The position numbers were made by a program, and so were the translations under genes. A stretch of DNA of 64,000 nt from an uncultured Nitrososphaerales archaeon. Lineage in GTDB: Archaea; Thermoproteota; Nitrososphaeria; Nitrososphaerales; Nitrososphaeraceae. The notes beneath the pieces were generated by a model, which did no database searches, was not told the origin of the DNA, and was given only the letters and a program-made list of their open reading frames with translations. Positions within the stretch are counted from its first letter, which is position 1. The number at the start of each line of letters is the position of its first letter. Below, piece after piece: positions 45,851 to 58,907 of the stretch. Location of the stretch: contig CAVPXM010000050.1 in the NCBI GenBank assembly GCA_963709405.1, positions 1-64,000 of the forward strand, written 5' to 3'.

Positions 45851-47398
45851 ATGATGATGTCGGTAGCTGACGAACTAAAGCGTATAGCGAGGGGTGAAAT
45901 ACTCTCAGATGATTGGAGCAAAGGAGTATATTCTGTTGATGCAAGCCATTATTCAATTAAACCATCAGTGATATTGTTTCCATTAGATGAACATGATCTT
46001 TCAGAAATATGTCGATATGGATATTCTAAAAATGTATCCATAACCGCAAGGGGGGCAGGGACGGGACTTTTAGGTCAATCACTTAACGATAACATAATTA
46101 TTGATTTTTCAAAACATATGAATAAGATCTTGGAGATTGAAAGTGATTATGTATTAGTCCAACCAGGGATAGTAAAAGGTGTGTTGGACAGAGAATTGAA
46201 GAAAAAAGGAAAATTTCTACCTCCCGATCCAGCGAGTAGCAATTATTGTACTATTGGTGGCATGATTGCGAATAATTCGAGTGGTATTCATACATTAGGA
46301 TATGGTAGTACAATTGATTACCTAGATATGGTTAATGTAGCATACTCTGATGGCAATCTTGGATCTATCGGTGGTGGCAATACTAATATCAATTATGATA
46401 GAAATTATGGCGACGATGATAAGATAGCAAAATTATACAAATTACTGTCATCACGTAGTAATATGGAACTAATCGATAAACGATATCCAAAGGTAATAAA
46501 AAATTCATGTGGCTATCGTCTTGACGAGGTAATGAAGAATAAAAAATTCTGTGCACACAAAATATTTGCAGCCTCAGAGGGAACATTAGGAATCGTAACT
46601 TCGGCAAAACTAAGAATTGTCGATATTCCACTTTATAGAACTACAATAGTATTTGCATTTAAAGACATATTATATGCCATGTCGGCTGTCCCGTCCATTT
46701 TGAAATTCTCTCCAGTTGCTCTAGAAATGATGGATGAGACCGTATTCCGGAATTTTGATGACAGCCCATCTTCCAAAGCGATGAATAAAGATGTTAGGTA
46801 TCATTGTGGTGACGGTTGTTTATTATTTGTGGAATTTGCTGGGGATAATCTTGCAGATGTCGAACAGAAATTTGCTGGTTGCAAGGGCAAATTATCATCT
46901 ATGTCTACTATGGTAGAGAGTGTATCTGATGAAAATAGCTCCGGACTAATATGTGGAGCGAGAAAAAATGCATTAAATAATATCACTAAATTGACTGTGG
47001 GAAGTAGAAAGCCTCAGGGTTTGATAGAAGATACGGTAGTATCTCCAAACGTACCTTATGATTATACTCAGTTTATTTTACAAAAATATATTGAGAACAA
47101 GCTGGAGTATGTAATATATGGTCATGCTGGTGATGGAAATCTACACACAAGACCAATGATAAATATAGAATCACAAAATGAAGTTGAATTATATAATCTT
47201 CTAGCAGAGGAAGTTTTTACAAAAGTCATCAAGTATGGCGGAACAATAACTGGGGAACACCGTGACGGTATAGCCAGAACTAAATACATCAAATTAATGT
47301 ATGGCTCACTTGTAGTTTCAATTTTTGAACAAATCAAAAAAATATTCGATCCCAAGTCTATTATGAATCCTGGTAAAAAGGTTATAAATCGGTCTTAA
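45851..47398 (+). CDS. FAD-binding oxidoreductase (GlcD / D-lactate dehydrogenase family)
   Basis: RGAGTGLLG, PPDPASSNYCTIGGMIANNSSG, SEGTLGIVT, GHAGDGNLH, TGEH, FDPKSIMNPGK. Confidence 0.92.
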   Translation: MMMSVADELKRIARGEILSDDWSKGVYSVDASHYSIKPSVILFPLDEHDLSEICRYGYSKNVSITARGAGTGLLGQSLNDNIIIDFSKHMNKILEIESDYVLVQPGIVKGVLDRELKKKGKFLPPDPASSNYCTIGGMIANNSSGIHTLGYGSTIDYLDMVNVAYSDGNLGSIGGGNTNINYDRNYGDDDKIAKLYKLLSSRSNMELIDKRYPKVIKNSCGYRLDEVMKNKKFCAHKIFAASEGTLGIVTSAKLRIVDIPLYRTTIVFAFKDILYAMSAVPSILKFSPVALEMMDETVFRNFDDSPSSKAMNKDVRYHCGDGCLLFVEFAGDNLADVEQKFAGCKGKLSSMSTMVESVSDENSSGLICGARKNALNNITKLTVGSRKPQGLIEDTVVSPNVPYDYTQFILQKYIENKLEYVIYGHAGDGNLHTRPMINIESQNEVELYNLLAEEVFTKVIKYGGTITGEHRDGIARTKYIKLMYGSLVVSIFEQIKKIFDPKSIMNPGKKVINRS

Positions 47399-47608
47399 TA
47401 TACAATATTAATTCGTTCTAATTGATAATCAAAAATTATAAAGATATTATGTATGGTACGAGTCTAATGTATGGTAAGAGTCTAAGATGATAAAAACAGT
47501 ATTGAACACGTGTATAGCAATAAAGATGCATTATGAAAGTTAAATTTAAAATTTTAAATTGATTCAAAATTGAAAAACTAAAGTTACACTATATTATATG
47601 ATAGATAT

Positions 47609-48082
47609 ATGTCTGCAAATATTCAAAGAAGCTTTAAGATTATGGTTGCAATCGATGGCTCTGAAACCTCTATGAGAGCTGCAGAGTATGCGATTGCAAT
47701 GACTAAAAATGCCAACAATAAAGATGTGCTCCTAATCGGAATAACAATAATAGATCTAGGCAGATTGAATTATTCTTTTTTCGTCACCGCACCTTCTTAT
47801 GGCTCAAAGGAATTAGAAGAGAAAAGACAAGAAGCCAAGAAATGGTTGAATAAGCTAGATGAACTATCCAAAGAAAATAATGTTCCTCAATTTAAATCGG
47901 AAATCATTGAAGATGTTGTATCAAGGATAGGAGGAGCAATAGTAAATTATGCCGAAAAAGAGAAAGTAGATTTGATAGTAGTTGGTACCAGGGGAAGATC
48001 AGGTCTTAAAAGAATGCTAATCGGAAGTGTCGCATCCGATATACTACACTATTCACATTGTCCCGTAATGATAGTAAAGTAA
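47609..48082 (+). CDS. Universal stress protein
   Basis: IMVAIDGSETS, DLIVVGTRGRSGLKRMLIGSVAS..CPVMIVK. Confidence 0.95.
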   Translation: MSANIQRSFKIMVAIDGSETSMRAAEYAIAMTKNANNKDVLLIGITIIDLGRLNYSFFVTAPSYGSKELEEKRQEAKKWLNKLDELSKENNVPQFKSEIIEDVVSRIGGAIVNYAEKEKVDLIVVGTRGRSGLKRMLIGSVASDILHYSHCPVMIVK

Positions 48083-48329
48083 AAGATAGATTAACAAGCT
48101 AATGAAATTCATCTGCAAAACCCATTTGTATTCCCGTTGATGAAGAGGAAAGCTCGTCTAAGAAAGGAAATGTCATTAAATCTTATCTCGATGCAACCAT
48201 ATTTCAATTTCTTATTAAACATTCCAATTTTCATCGGTGCAGCAGTAGGAAGAAGTAGAGTATACTCATAAACTAAGTAGTGGAGTAATATGTCTGAAAT
48301 ATTTAAGAAAGTATTATCCATATTCGAAT

Positions 48330-48700
48330 ATGATGAAATTTCGCATATCTACTGAATTCAATAAAACTGCTCTCGGGATTTTCCTCATTATGATTTTAGT
48401 CGACTGCTCTCGGGGACATTAGTTGGTGAGACCAATGTCACCACCTTACAATCTCCAATCGTTCATAAGGAAACCGTAACACTATCGACTGTGCTTACCG
48501 ATCTAAGTCAAAAAGGTAGATGGGAAATTCTGATAGGAAATGCACTAAATGAACTAAGAAGCAGACATCCAGAAGAGTTCATCAATGTAAAATATGGTGA
48601 ATTTCTCACTAATGATACAAAGAGAATAATCACAAAAGCAATAACTAATGGGACGGAAGTTGACCTTGTATCGGTAGATCAAAATCTGGCTAGGTATTAA
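48330..48700 (+). pseudogene. Extracellular solute-binding protein N-terminal fragment
   Basis: VTLSTVLTD..RWEIL..ALNELRSRHP..DLVSVDQ, then IWLG in a shifted frame; truncated. Confidence 0.5.
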
Positions 48701-49462
48701 TTTGAGAACGCTTCTAGTTCTGTATTATTGTCTCTTAGAACGGTATTCATATCCGTATCTATAGCTCCATCTCACATATTTTATTAATAAGATCTTTTCG
48801 GCTTTGTAGAATACATGCATTTGATATATGATGCTATTGTATTCATAGTATTACTACTGCAATATGTAGATGTCATCTATAAAAATGCATAAGATGTATT
48901 CATGCTGTTCAAAATTCTTGATAGTAATGCATCTTTCATATCACTCAAATACATACAAATTATTCCAAGTCGATATGTTTTGAGATAAACTTAATTAGTC
49001 TAAATTTTAAGATGACGTACTTTATTAACATGATTTGATTTGATTGAAAAGAAACGAACAGGATATGCTTTTACCACACTGGTTATTAAATTGATTATTA
49101 CTGCAGCTTATATTATTAATATATCAATGAGAATGCCAAATTATATGGCTTAACAGTTGACAAGATAGCAGCAACAAAATATAAAGTGACAATTAATGTA
49201 TAAAAGATTCAAAATCTCTATCCAAAACGACGTAGTTATAGCCTACGTCATTATATTTGCAATATCATATTGGCTGCTCCGGATGGAGTTATTCAGCATG
49301 GCAAGGACCATTTTATCCTCTCATTCTAGAAAATTCCGAATGGTTAGGCATCTTCGATTAATTGTAGAAATCAAAATAATGTACTTGTGATCATGATGTA
49401 GAAAATTAAACAGATCGATGTTAATGCTAGATATTTAACTTGTGTTACTTATTGTTCTATCT

Positions 49463-50287
49463 ATGAGCGAAAATACAAAAATAAATATGATTAAAAGGCT
49501 AATGGTTAGACACAGTACTATAATAAAGCTTAAGAATTGGAATCCTGACTATACTGCAGAAATTAATCAAGAATATACTCAGGATTTATTAAATGAATTT
49601 ATGAATCAGATGTCTAGTTTGCAATACAAGCTGTTTGCAGACAAAAGTAAAGCACTATTAATAATCCTTCAAGGAATTGATACTTCCGGTAAAGACAGCA
49701 CAATAAGACATGTCATGGGCGCATTCAATCCACAAAGTTGCAAAGTTATTTCCTTTAAGGCCCCAGATTGTGACGAATTATCTCATGACTACTTATGGCG
49801 TGCACATAGAAATATTCCAGCAAAAGGTCAAGTAGGAATATTCAATCGCTCATACTATGAAGATGTAATAGAGGTATCGGTACACAAGATGATATCAAAG
49901 AGTACTTGTCATAAAAGATATAAACAGATTAATGATTTTGAGAGATATCTAGTTGAAAATGACATCAATATCGTTAAGTTATTCTTACATATAAGTAAAG
50001 ACGAGCAAAAAAAGAGACTTCAAGAACGGCTCAACGACCCAACAAAACAGTGGAAATTCTCTGAAAATGATACACTTGAACGCAAACATTGGGATCAGTA
50101 TATACAAGCACACGAAAACGTGCTCAGTGAATGCGGTACTAAATGGGCACCTTGGTATATAATTCCAGCAAATACGAAATGGTTCAGAAATTTCGCTGTA
50201 GCGTATATTATTGTTAATAATCTTCGAGGTATGAATCTAAGGTTTCCAAAACCGAAGACGAATTTATCAAATATAATAATCGATTGA
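49463..50287 (+). CDS. ppk2: Polyphosphate kinase 2 (PPK2, class III-like)
   Basis: LQGIDTSGKD, SFKAP, HDYLWR, FNRSYYEDV, WKF, APWYIIPA. Confidence 0.93.
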   Translation: MSENTKINMIKRLMVRHSTIIKLKNWNPDYTAEINQEYTQDLLNEFMNQMSSLQYKLFADKSKALLIILQGIDTSGKDSTIRHVMGAFNPQSCKVISFKAPDCDELSHDYLWRAHRNIPAKGQVGIFNRSYYEDVIEVSVHKMISKSTCHKRYKQINDFERYLVENDINIVKLFLHISKDEQKKRLQERLNDPTKQWKFSENDTLERKHWDQYIQAHENVLSECGTKWAPWYIIPANTKWFRNFAVAYIIVNNLRGMNLRFPKPKTNLSNIIID

Positions 50288-50556
50288 ATATCCAAATTGC
50301 CTGTAATTTGATTCAGTTAATACACTTGCTTACGAAATCGACCAAATAAAAAAATGCAATTTCTAATTATTGGTCTCAAGATTAATAGATAGTAAAAATC
50401 GACGATTGAACTACCAATTTATATCGAAGACCATTTTTTATAGTACATATAAATTATTATTGCAGACTGGTATTGTATAAAATTAAAATGAGGGCAAAGT
50501 GACTGGATATCCAAATAAAATATCAATACTAATACATGTTTGGAATACTTTGGAAA

Positions 50557-51744
50557 TTATCCATTACGAGTATTATTGAGCTTTTGCTTGACACTATCCA
50601 ACATACCTTGTGTAAAATCATTTATGCTATCAACCAATCCATCATTGAATTTACTGTTGGCTTGTGCTAGAATAAAGGGAGTATCTGAATTATGGCCATC
50701 CCGTACTTTGAAAACAGTAGTATATAGTTTATAGGGATATCCAGTTGCAACTGCACCTACTTTTACTTTATAATCGGCAGTTGACTTACCGGTTTCTGGT
50801 ATCTTCCAAGAGTACGAAAGCTCCCCAGTATTATCAGTAACTCCTTCAAATTCCTTCTTGACTGAGTCATAAGTATCAGTGATCTGACCAGTGACCTTCG
50901 CACCCACGATTCTTGCATTTGTATCGGAATCATATAGTGTGACTATAATAGTTTGTTCATGTCCCCGTATAACTGGATCCCGGTCGATATTAAAAGAAAC
51001 AAATAATGATTTTGAATTTGGATTATTAATATCTGCATTTGTATGCAAAATTGATTTATGATCTATATCATTGTCTTCTGTTTCTGATTCAGGAATAGAT
51101 CGTTTGGGTTCATTTGTTGCGGCTGTGCTAGTTGTGGATGATTGTGTTGTCCTGTTTACCACCTTTGTCGGTTCTAATTTCAGCAATCCCTGGTCAAAAG
51201 ATTGAGAATTATTTGATGTGCCAATCACTTCAACACTATTAAATTTTGTAAGATCTGTTCCAAATTCATCCGAACAAGATATTTTAGAGGTTATCTTATT
51301 CATTCCTTTATTAATAATACTATAATGAGGCGTAAATGAATAACTCCATTTAGAAAAATCGCCAGTGTCACCTTGCCCATTCGGAATCACATGTTGATAC
51401 GGTTTGATCCCATTTAAGATAACCGAAACATCGCATTTAGTAGTCATAGTATCAGAAGAGGTTCCAAAAATCTCGAGTTCTCCAGCTGAAACTTGCTGTC
51501 CCTTACTGAGAGAAGTGATCTTTACGCTAGGTAGTTTTTCTTTAGCTATAATATGAGATGGTGCTAATTCTCGATCCCGTATATCTACGATGCTACCATT
51601 TGTTATCGTACTCAATGTTTGTGCAAATACAGGATCTAGAATGAGGATAAAATGATAACTACCTACTGCTATGCTAAAACAAAATATCGTAATTATTAAA
51701 GTAAGTATTACATATTTAAAATTGTCGTGAATCATATTTTTCAT
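50557..51744 (-). CDS. Secreted protein with Ig-like domains
   Basis: Signal peptide; VKITS..GQQV..GTSSD...C.VSV..N..KPYQ domain; second domain with G.TDNTGE.SYSW. Confidence 0.7.
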   Translation of the reverse strand: MKNMIHDNFKYVILTLIITIFCFSIAVGSYHFILILDPVFAQTLSTITNGSIVDIRDRELAPSHIIAKEKLPSVKITSLSKGQQVSAGELEIFGTSSDTMTTKCDVSVILNGIKPYQHVIPNGQGDTGDFSKWSYSFTPHYSIINKGMNKITSKISCSDEFGTDLTKFNSVEVIGTSNNSQSFDQGLLKLEPTKVVNRTTQSSTTSTAATNEPKRSIPESETEDNDIDHKSILHTNADINNPNSKSLFVSFNIDRDPVIRGHEQTIIVTLYDSDTNARIVGAKVTGQITDTYDSVKKEFEGVTDNTGELSYSWKIPETGKSTADYKVKVGAVATGYPYKLYTTVFKVRDGHNSDTPFILAQANSKFNDGLVDSINDFTQGMLDSVKQKLNNTRNG

Positions 51745-52306
51745 ATCATGATCAATATATCATATCACATATTCGAATAACAGAAAAATATCTGTTTCTT
51801 TTTGTTCAGCATTTAAAATAATCCCAGTGACATCTGCATCAATCAATAATATGATAATCGTCGTGCAGTTATTTATGTTAATGTAAATGTTCACCATAAT
51901 GAATTGAGAATCATCAATGGCTTATTATCATCTACAAAACACTTGCTATGAATCTTTTTTGCATTTATCTTGTATTTATGAAGACATTTGGTCATTGATT
52001 TAACTCTTATCGAACTTTCGGTTATGTCTCTCCTTTATTGAACACATTCTTGTGTGAATTTAACGTCCTATATTTGACAAGGATTGCCATAACTTACGGA
52101 TCATGATAAATAGATCTTCAGGCCATCAAAATGTGATTTACTCAGTATCTTGATACTAATTTGTAAAGATCCTGTGCCACTTGATATGTACCAAACTCTT
52201 CAAAATATTAGTCTCAATTCTCCATAAAGGGGTTGTAAGTCCACTGATAAAATTTTTCTGAACGTTTTATTTAATAATGAAATAATTGCTAACTGTATCA
52301 GATACG

Positions 52307-53551
52307 ATGTGGGCTAGAGAATATAGACCAAAGAAAGTAGAAGACATGATAGGTAATGAGGATGCCAGATTAGCTGTAGTAAAATGGCTTACACATTGGA
52401 TTAATGGAAGTAAGCCTTTGCTTTTGATTGGTCCTCCTGGAACTGGAAAAACATCACTAGTACATGCATTAGCTCAACAATTTAATTATGATTTGATAGA
52501 AATGAATGCAAGTGATACGAGAGCCAAGGATGATCTAGAGAGGAGAATTATCCCGATACTTAACAACACTAGCATACTCAGAAAATCTATGTTACTTTTT
52601 TTGGATGAGATTGACGGGATATCAAGTAGACAAGACACAGGTGGATTAGAATATTTAACAAAAATACTGAAGGAGCCAACTATACCTGTAATTATTGCAG
52701 CTAACTCTAAGAATAGCAAGATTAAAGATCTAGCGAAAGTATGTAGGGCGATAGAATTCAAGATTATTCCTCCTAGACTACTTCTGGTGTTTTTGGAATA
52801 TATTTTAAGAGTTGAGAATAAGAAATTGAGTTTGGAAGAAAAAATTTCAATAGTATCAAATAGTCATGGGGACATTAGATCATTATTAAATATTGCACAA
52901 TCAAAACTCGCTGGATATAATGCGACCCGGGAAGATACTGCTGAAATTGACATCGCAAACGCAATAAATGGTTATTTTTCCTCAGATTCAATTGAAAAGG
53001 GCAAATCATTCTTATCACATACTAATGGAACGTATGCTGATCCCAGATTCGGTATGTCAACAGAAGAAAGAAGAAAGGATATAATAAACGCATTTTTTTC
53101 AAGCATAGTCTCTTCGTCTAGGCGAGTTGACAATAAGAGTATGGCTGCACTCCTTGATGTTCTCTCTCAAGCTGACATGATAGTTGGAAGGGCCGGACGA
53201 AATAGACAATGGAGTCTTCTCAAATATCTTAACGATATAATATCCTACGGCTTATACGAAAACTCACACAATAAGGGAATAAAGTATAATCAATATGGAA
53301 TGATATGGCCAGTAATGGGACCTATTCTTGCGAGAGGTCAATCAATGAAAAACGTTCTTTCCAGTTTGGCTCAAAAGGCTCATACGTCAAGGAGTACATT
53401 TGGTGCAGCATATCTGCCTTATCTAATTAAGATCATGATAGATAATAAAGTAGATCCGATTGAATTTGCACTAATGTCAAATGTTGATGAAAAAGTAGGA
53501 GAAGCACTGGCAAAAGAGATAGGACGGACGCCTATCAAGAATAGTAGATGA
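52307..53551 (+). CDS. rfcL: Replication factor C large subunit
   Basis: WAREYRPKKVEDMIG, GPPGTGKT, IEMNASD, LDEIDG, GDIRS. Confidence 0.9.
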   Translation: MWAREYRPKKVEDMIGNEDARLAVVKWLTHWINGSKPLLLIGPPGTGKTSLVHALAQQFNYDLIEMNASDTRAKDDLERRIIPILNNTSILRKSMLLFLDEIDGISSRQDTGGLEYLTKILKEPTIPVIIAANSKNSKIKDLAKVCRAIEFKIIPPRLLLVFLEYILRVENKKLSLEEKISIVSNSHGDIRSLLNIAQSKLAGYNATREDTAEIDIANAINGYFSSDSIEKGKSFLSHTNGTYADPRFGMSTEERRKDIINAFFSSIVSSSRRVDNKSMAALLDVLSQADMIVGRAGRNRQWSLLKYLNDIISYGLYENSHNKGIKYNQYGMIWPVMGPILARGQSMKNVLSSLAQKAHTSRSTFGAAYLPYLIKIMIDNKVDPIEFALMSNVDEKVGEALAKEIGRTPIKNSR

Positions 53552-53739
53552 CAAAGATAGTGTGTTCATAAAATGTGAAGTAGATCTTTGAGCCTGTCTC
53601 AAAAAAATGCAAACAGCTTGAAGAATACGTTTACTTTATATGTATGATCTATGATTTTATAAAAAAGAAATATCATTAAACTATTAAAATACTCAAACAT
53701 CCTTACCCTTATATGCTGAATTCTTCGTAATACTCCTAC

Positions 53740-55964
53740 TTGACTACCACCTCTACTACGCCATATCCTCCAACCAAAGACAGGAGTTCAGAAATATTAT
53801 ATGGTGTCGAAAAAGCTGTGGGTCGTGGAGTTTATTTTATGTCAAATGTGAGAGAGAAGATGGATATTTTTTTTGATAAAAATGCTCCTTCGATTGTGGT
53901 AGATGTTGTAGAATACAAAAATGGTTACAAAGACATCCAAAAGAGAGGAGGAAAGATAAGAGCATTTACAGAAATTACAAAAGATAATGTTCATTATTGT
54001 AAGCAATTGATAAAACTAGTTGATGAACTCAAACATTTAGAGGGAGTCAAAGGCGGTGTCGCAGTTAGTGAAAGCGAGTATATGGCTACAACACTATTGC
54101 AAGAAAGCACTCCCCTTATGCAGGTCATTTACAGTAATGTGAAGGAGGTAGTTGAACAAGCTCAATATATTTTTGATACTCTTTGGAAGACAGCAATTCC
54201 AGCTGAGCAAAAAATCAGAGAACTAGAGGAGGGTATTGTTATACATAAAACAAGAATTATAGAGAATGCAGAAGAGAATCATTAGAGAATTCAACCGTTT
54301 CTCAGATGTATCAAATGAGGTTTTATCTTGCATATCTGCACCTGGAGGTTTGCAATATGTACAGGATTATTTCGTTGAGTCAAACAGGAAATTGATAGAA
54401 AAGCAGATGAAAGGACAACATAAAGGAATAAGATATATTTGTAACATAGATAACAAGTATAATGCAAATCTTGCTCGAAAGTTTCTACAAGATGGCGTAA
54501 AGATAAGACACACTAGTAATCTTCCACCAATGAGTTTTGGCATAACTAACAAAGAGATAGCAGTAACATTTGAAAGAATAGAAAGGGGAAAACAAGTTCA
54601 GATACTGTTAATCAGTGATGAACCAATGTATGTAAAGTATTTCTCCAAGGTATTTGAAGAACTATGGACAGATAGTATTGATGCTCAGGGTAGGCTGGAT
54701 GAGAATCGACCAAGGTATTGTAGTCCCCTCTAACATTGAAATAATTAGGAATCCTGGCAAAGCAATTCAACGGATTTTAGAGGAATTTAAAAACGCAGAT
54801 TTTGAAATTTTTGGGATAATTCCAACACTTAATTCTTTTCGTCGTCTGGTCCGATCAGGATCTATACAACTATTAGATGAATCGGCTAGAAAGGGATTAA
54901 GTATTAGGATATTGATTCCTGGTGATAAGGACACAGTGAATCAAATTCTAGAACAAGAATATGCGAGACAAATGAAAGAAAACCAGTTCTTGAAGAGAAG
55001 AACTAATCAAAGTAAGAGTAATAGTGACTATACTAACAATTTCGATTACAAAATCGAGATCAAGTGTATTGATATAGGTTCACAAACGAGTTTAGGCATT
55101 CTAGTAATTGATAGAAAATGGTCCTTTATCATAGAGACAAAAGATGATACAAAGGATAATTCCTACGACGCGGCAGGACTTGCAATATATTCAAATAGTA
55201 AACATATGGCATTATCTTATATTTCAATCCTTGAATTCTTATGGAAACAGATTGAAGTAGCAGAACAACTTAAGTTACATGATAGAATGAAAAATGAGTT
55301 TGTTAATATGGCTGCGCACGAGTTACGAACACCTATTCAACCAATATTGGGCTTGGCAGATATTCTGGGTAGTAAGAAAGGTAATATTGAACAATATCAA
55401 GAATTTATATCCATTATTAGTAGGAACGCGCGTCGTTTAAAATTTCTTACCGAAGATATTTTGGATGTATCAAGGATTGATGGTAACTCATTAGAACTAA
55501 GAAATGATGTATTTGATTTGGTCGTTACAATTAATGGTTTATTAGATGATTATAGTAAAGATCGTGAAGGTGTTGCGAATGGGTGTAATATATCATTCAA
55601 ATGTAGATTCAAGAATGCTTTTGTTCTTGGAGATAGACAAAGAATTCGCCAAGTTGTCCATAATTTATTGGACAATGCATTAAAATTTACAAAACATGGA
55701 TCACTTATAGTATCATTATCAGAGAAGACAAGGAATGTAAATGAATGGAATATCGCTGTAAAGGACGATGGTGAAGGTATTGATTCAGAGATAATGCCGA
55801 GGCTATTTACGAAATTTGCGACGAAATCAGAGCATGGGATAGGGTTGGGCTTGTATATTTCAAAGAGTATAATAGAGGCGCATGGCGGCAAAATATGGGC
55901 CAAGAATAATATCAATGGCAGAGGTGCTACCTTTGCTTTTAGCTTGCCGCAGTTGCCGACCTGA
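53740..55964 (+). CDS. Sensor histidine kinase with N-terminal TrmB/PLD-like repeats; two frameshifts (~54280, ~54700)
   Basis: Three consecutive ORFs; AAHELRTPIQP, NLLDNALKF, DDGEGID, GIGLGLYISKSIIEAHGG. Confidence 0.9.
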
Positions 55965-56124
55965 CTCTAACTTTTGTCGATCTCATGTCAACTAAGATTG
56001 TCTAACACTTTTCAGTTACATGAATTAATCAATTATAGAGTTCTGGTTAGCAGATTTATCAGGAGAACTAGGTGAGAAGCAATCGCAGATTTGAGAAATG
56101 TGAGGCACAAAAAATTAAATATGG

Positions 56125-56910
56125 CTAGGGCATTTTTGGTCCCGCTAATACTCCTAACTCACCTGTATATGGAATGACTTGTATTAATACTAAATCCACA
56201 ATTGGTGTAATGGGAGCCCTATTTCCGAAGGATCCCATTCTCACAACATGTGGAATTTTCCAATCGGCATTGACTAAGCTGGTACTCCCTATTTGCATAT
56301 TCTTTAGAAAACTCAGTGGGTTGAAAACTGTGGTATTGTTCTGTCCAGTAGGGAGTCCATAGCCAGCAGATGAAGCATTACTGGACCCTTGCACTTCAGC
56401 CCCTAATGGATTCATAAAGCCGCCCTTACTTTTCGAAGATTCAGCTGCAACAGACATTAATGAGACCAAATCATCGTGACTTAAAGCTATTCTTAATGCT
56501 ATAACAGAAACCGAAGAGGTAGGAGTAGCAAAATTAGAAGTCATCTGTTTGTTACCTGCTAATGTAACAGCGAGTCTATTGTTATCAAGTAGATTTACCC
56601 CGGTTACTTTTATTCCATTTACCGTGCTTATTCCTGCTGTGATTGTAATCGAACTACCATTAAATATACCTGAAGATTTCAAAAAGTCTAATCCCATTAA
56701 TGGGCTATTACTATTGCTTCCAATTCCATTATCAGAAGGTACGAGGGGGTTATCTTGTGACGGTAGTGATTGCTGTTGTTCATTCTGTGCGTAAGTAATA
56801 GGAGCATAACGAGATGACGCTGAGATAAGCAGGACGGTAGAGATCAAAATTACTAATACTACAGGTTTAGAAGCTGCTGAAGGAAGCTTTGAAAGATACT
56901 TATGCGAACC
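56125..56910 (-). CDS. Secreted hypothetical protein
   Basis: Hydrophobic N-terminus ending TYAQ; Ser/Gly-rich; start uncertain. Confidence 0.55.
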   Translation of the reverse strand, partial: GSHKYLSKLPSAASKPVVLVILISTVLLISASSRYAPITYAQNEQQQSLPSQDNPLVPSDNGIGSNSNSPLMGLDFLKSSGIFNGSSITITAGISTVNGIKVTGVNLLDNNRLAVTLAGNKQMTSNFATPTSSVSVIALRIALSHDDLVSLMSVAAESSKSKGGFMNPLGAEVQGSSNASSAGYGLPTGQNNTTVFNPLSFLKNMQIGSTSLVNADWKIPHVVRMGSFGNRAPITPIVDLVLIQVIPYTGELGVLAGPKMP

Positions 56911-57689
56911 AGATAATGTTTTTCAAGTATCATAATTAGATGCTTGTACACCTGGTCATAATAATAAACATAGCTTTTGCCAAACATGCTGTAATTGACA
57001 TGTTCAATCTGATAGAAAATTTTATTGAAATGTCTTTACTTAATGACACATACAATAGAAACCTTAATTGTGTCCTATAGATTCATTAAAACTCTTAGAA
57101 GGCTCATAATTGAGTTTCCTAGAAATTCCTTGTTCCTGAAAAATATAATTAAAGAAAGAACTGTTCTTTGTTATCTCACTTGCCAGTATTATCTATTGAA
57201 TAATGGGTAAAATAAGAGGTTTTAAATCTACTATGTATTCTCAATCGTAGTGCTTGTAATAATATCAAGGTAATGTCTACAATATTTCTTTAGTTTTTTT
57301 TATCTGGGCCAATGTAGTAATTTTATGCAAAAAGTAGTATCTCAACTTCATAATTGGACTATATTAAACAAGTACGCCTATTCAGTCTTTATATTGAATG
57401 ATAAATATGAAACTAGATAAAGTAATAAGGTGATCTACCAAATATCTTTTATTTAACAGTAGAATAAGTTATTGACATATATAAAAAACCTCATCAGGAT
57501 TCAAACCCTGCCAAAAGAGGCCGTCATCAAACATATCATCTGAAAAATGACATAAAGATAAAGCAACGCTCTTTATTAGGTATTCAATCTAGAAAAGCCA
57601 TTTGGATGGCATTGTAAATATATTAATAAATAATCAGAGATAACCTCTACAAACCCAATATATTGAAGGATGGATAACAAAGTAGGCTA

Positions 57690-58685
57690 ATGAAATTGAA
57701 GAAATTTAGTGTGTATATCAGTAGAAAGCTATTGGATCCTGCAATACCAATGATTTCAAAAGAATGTAATGTTGTGTTAAATGACAAGGGAAGGCCTCCT
57801 ACCAGAAAAGAGCTTTTGAATGGAGTACGTGGAAAACATGCAATTCTGTGTACACTACTAGACAATATTGATGCCAAAGTTATTGATACTGCTGGGCCTA
57901 GTCTTAAGGTTATCAGTTCTTACAGTACAGGAATTGATCACATAGATGTGTATGAAGCAACTAAAAGAGGAATTAGTGTAACCTCTACCGGAGATATACT
58001 TACAGAAACAACCGCCGACCTTACGTTCGCACTAATACTCGCGATAGCAAGACAAATTATACATGGATATGAGACAATCATGCATAAACGTTGGAAATAT
58101 GGATGGGATTCATGTCTTATGTTGGGTTCAGATGTTCATGGGAAGGTCATCGGAATTCTCGGATTAGGTAGAATAGGTTCAGCAGTTGCTCGTAGAGCTA
58201 AAGGATTTGATATGGATATAATTTATCATAATAGACACGGTCGAAACATTCACAATGAAGAGCAAGTTGGTGCCAAATACGTTTCTTTGGATGAACTTGT
58301 ACAAAAAAGCGATTTTCTATCTCTGCATTGCCCTTTAAATAGTGAGAATTATCATATAATAAACAGATCAGTTTTCAAACGAATGAAAAGGAGCGCATAT
58401 TTAATTAATACAGCACGTGGGTCTCTTGTTAATGAGACTCAATTGATTGAGGCGTTAAGGAAAAAATGGATAGCAGGTGCAGGTTTAGACGTGTTTGAAA
58501 AGGAGCCGCTTTCTTTTAACAACGAATTATTGAAAATGGAAAATGTGGTATTGTTACCTCATATAGGAAGTGCTACATTTTCAACTAGAACGAAAATGGC
58601 AGAGATAGCAGCGAAAAATTTACTAAACATCTTGAATGGCAGGACCCCCATTTACACTACCAATCTGCAAGTACATCAAAGGTAA
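57690..58685 (+). CDS. Glyoxylate/hydroxypyruvate reductase (D-2-hydroxyacid dehydrogenase)
   Basis: GLGRIG, INTARG, AGLDVFEKEP, LPHIGSAT. Confidence 0.93.
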   Translation: MKLKKFSVYISRKLLDPAIPMISKECNVVLNDKGRPPTRKELLNGVRGKHAILCTLLDNIDAKVIDTAGPSLKVISSYSTGIDHIDVYEATKRGISVTSTGDILTETTADLTFALILAIARQIIHGYETIMHKRWKYGWDSCLMLGSDVHGKVIGILGLGRIGSAVARRAKGFDMDIIYHNRHGRNIHNEEQVGAKYVSLDELVQKSDFLSLHCPLNSENYHIINRSVFKRMKRSAYLINTARGSLVNETQLIEALRKKWIAGAGLDVFEKEPLSFNNELLKMENVVLLPHIGSATFSTRTKMAEIAAKNLLNILNGRTPIYTTNLQVHQR

Positions 58686-58907
58686 TGCACAGTACTGGGA
58701 AGTATTCGAAGACCAAATAAGCTGCTCGATCAGCATCATTGAGTATAAGAGCTATTTGAGAAAAAAGGTAGAGGATAGACAAGATCAAGAAAAAAGATGC
58801 AAAATAATGCTGGAAGTTGTATCGATGGTTTGAAATCGGTTAGCCTTATTGATTCGGAAATATCTAGACGTGAATTACATAAAAAATGAAGTAAGAGTTT
58901 GTACTTG